56,790 nucleotides of DNA from positions 1 to 56,790 of the IMG/VR virus record IMGVR_UViG_3300046820_001502; one strand, 5' to 3'. Of the stretch, positions 56,236 to 56,790 are shown piece by piece. Position 1 is the stretch's first letter, and each line of letters begins with the position of its first letter. Source of the DNA: a virus (Duplodnaviria > Caudoviricetes). A model generated the notes under the pieces. The model saw only the letters and a program-made list of their open reading frames with translations, made no database searches and was not told the DNA's origin. The translations under genes and the position numbers were made by a program.

Positions 56236-56288
56236 CAGTTTTACTTATAAATACAACAAATGAAAGTATTTATTAAGAAAATTGTATC

Positions 56289-56790
56289 ATGGTTAAACTT
56301 AATAGTGAGTATTTCAACAGCCCGTATTATTTCTATTTGAAAGATAAGGGTGATAAAGTTGCGATATATTATTCTGTATCTGATACTTTAACTGAGTCAA
56401 GAAAAAATGATAATGTTATTGTTGTAGATAAATCTATTTTTGAAGACATGCAAAAAGTTATTGCATCAATTTTAAAATCAGGAAAAAAACTTACAAAGGA
56501 ATACGTACATAAATTATTAGATTCAAAGGCCAAAAGTGTTGAGAAACCTGACGGTGAATTAGGTGAACTTGTAAATCCTGATGGATCTATAATCGGATCA
56601 AGTATTCCAATTTTAAACCAAAGAAATTTGGCCAAGAAAACTATGGACCAAACTGTTCGTATGAGTAAATCAACTCAGTTCCCATTCATCCGTGTATATT
56701 ATGGTGAGAATGAAGATAAAGGTGAAAATATAGTATCTGAGGAAGACTCAACGTGTCCAGAACACGTTAGTCCAAGTGGTAAAAAAACTA
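56289..56790 (+). CDS. Hypothetical protein, partial (runs off the right edge; absent from the ORF track)
   Basis: MVKLNSEYFNSPYYFYLKDKGDK... open to the window end; TATTTAT at 56267-56273. Confidence 0.7.
   Translation, partial: MVKLNSEYFNSPYYFYLKDKGDKVAIYYSVSDTLTESRKNDNVIVVDKSIFEDMQKVIASILKSGKKLTKEYVHKLLDSKAKSVEKPDGELGELVNPDGSIIGSSIPILNQRNLAKKTMDQTVRMSKSTQFPFIRVYYGENEDKGENIVSEEDSTCPEHVSPSGKKT

Noticed and set aside
56745-56768. AACGTGT-CCAGA-ACACGTT inverted repeat near the right edge
   Set aside because: Lies within an open frame and cannot be evaluated without downstream sequence
1-56790. Stop-codon reassignment as in some jumbo phages
   Set aside because: Genes are full length in code 11, and TAG (e.g. 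12878, 16258) and TGA (e.g. 22807, 31518) end genes at sensible positions
1-56790. tRNA, rRNA, integrase or transposase genes
   Set aside because: Intergenic gaps are short and AT-rich; no cloverleaf or mobile-element motifs seen by eye

Overview
AT-rich segment of a large myovirus-type (jumbo) phage genome, read with the standard code 11. It holds a tail/neck module: a >1632-aa baseplate-hub-like ORF running off the left edge, tape measure, a tail-assembly chaperone with a probable programmed frameshift, tail tube, tail sheath and gp13/14/15-like neck proteins. It also has a SNF2 helicase, a family-B DNA polymerase and a peptidase-SOD-nuclease-like fusion. The main candidate for a novel system spans about 22.8-56.2 kb. 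There, a cluster of protein/glycan-modifying enzymes (GT60-like GlcNAc transferase, TibC/Aah-like O-heptosyltransferase, GT9, GT4, WlaTC/HtrL-like domains, two FkbM methyltransferase domains, a NodU-like carbamoyltransferase) sits among putative virion proteins. These include two giant, nearly proline-free Gly-X-Y proteins (675 and 392 triplets of GTN/GTS/GTD) and several proteins with mucin-like Pro/Thr tracts, suggesting a phage-encoded glycosylated fibre coat. A TATTTAT motif precedes nearly all structural genes. All functional calls come from motif recognition by eye; no database searches were run.
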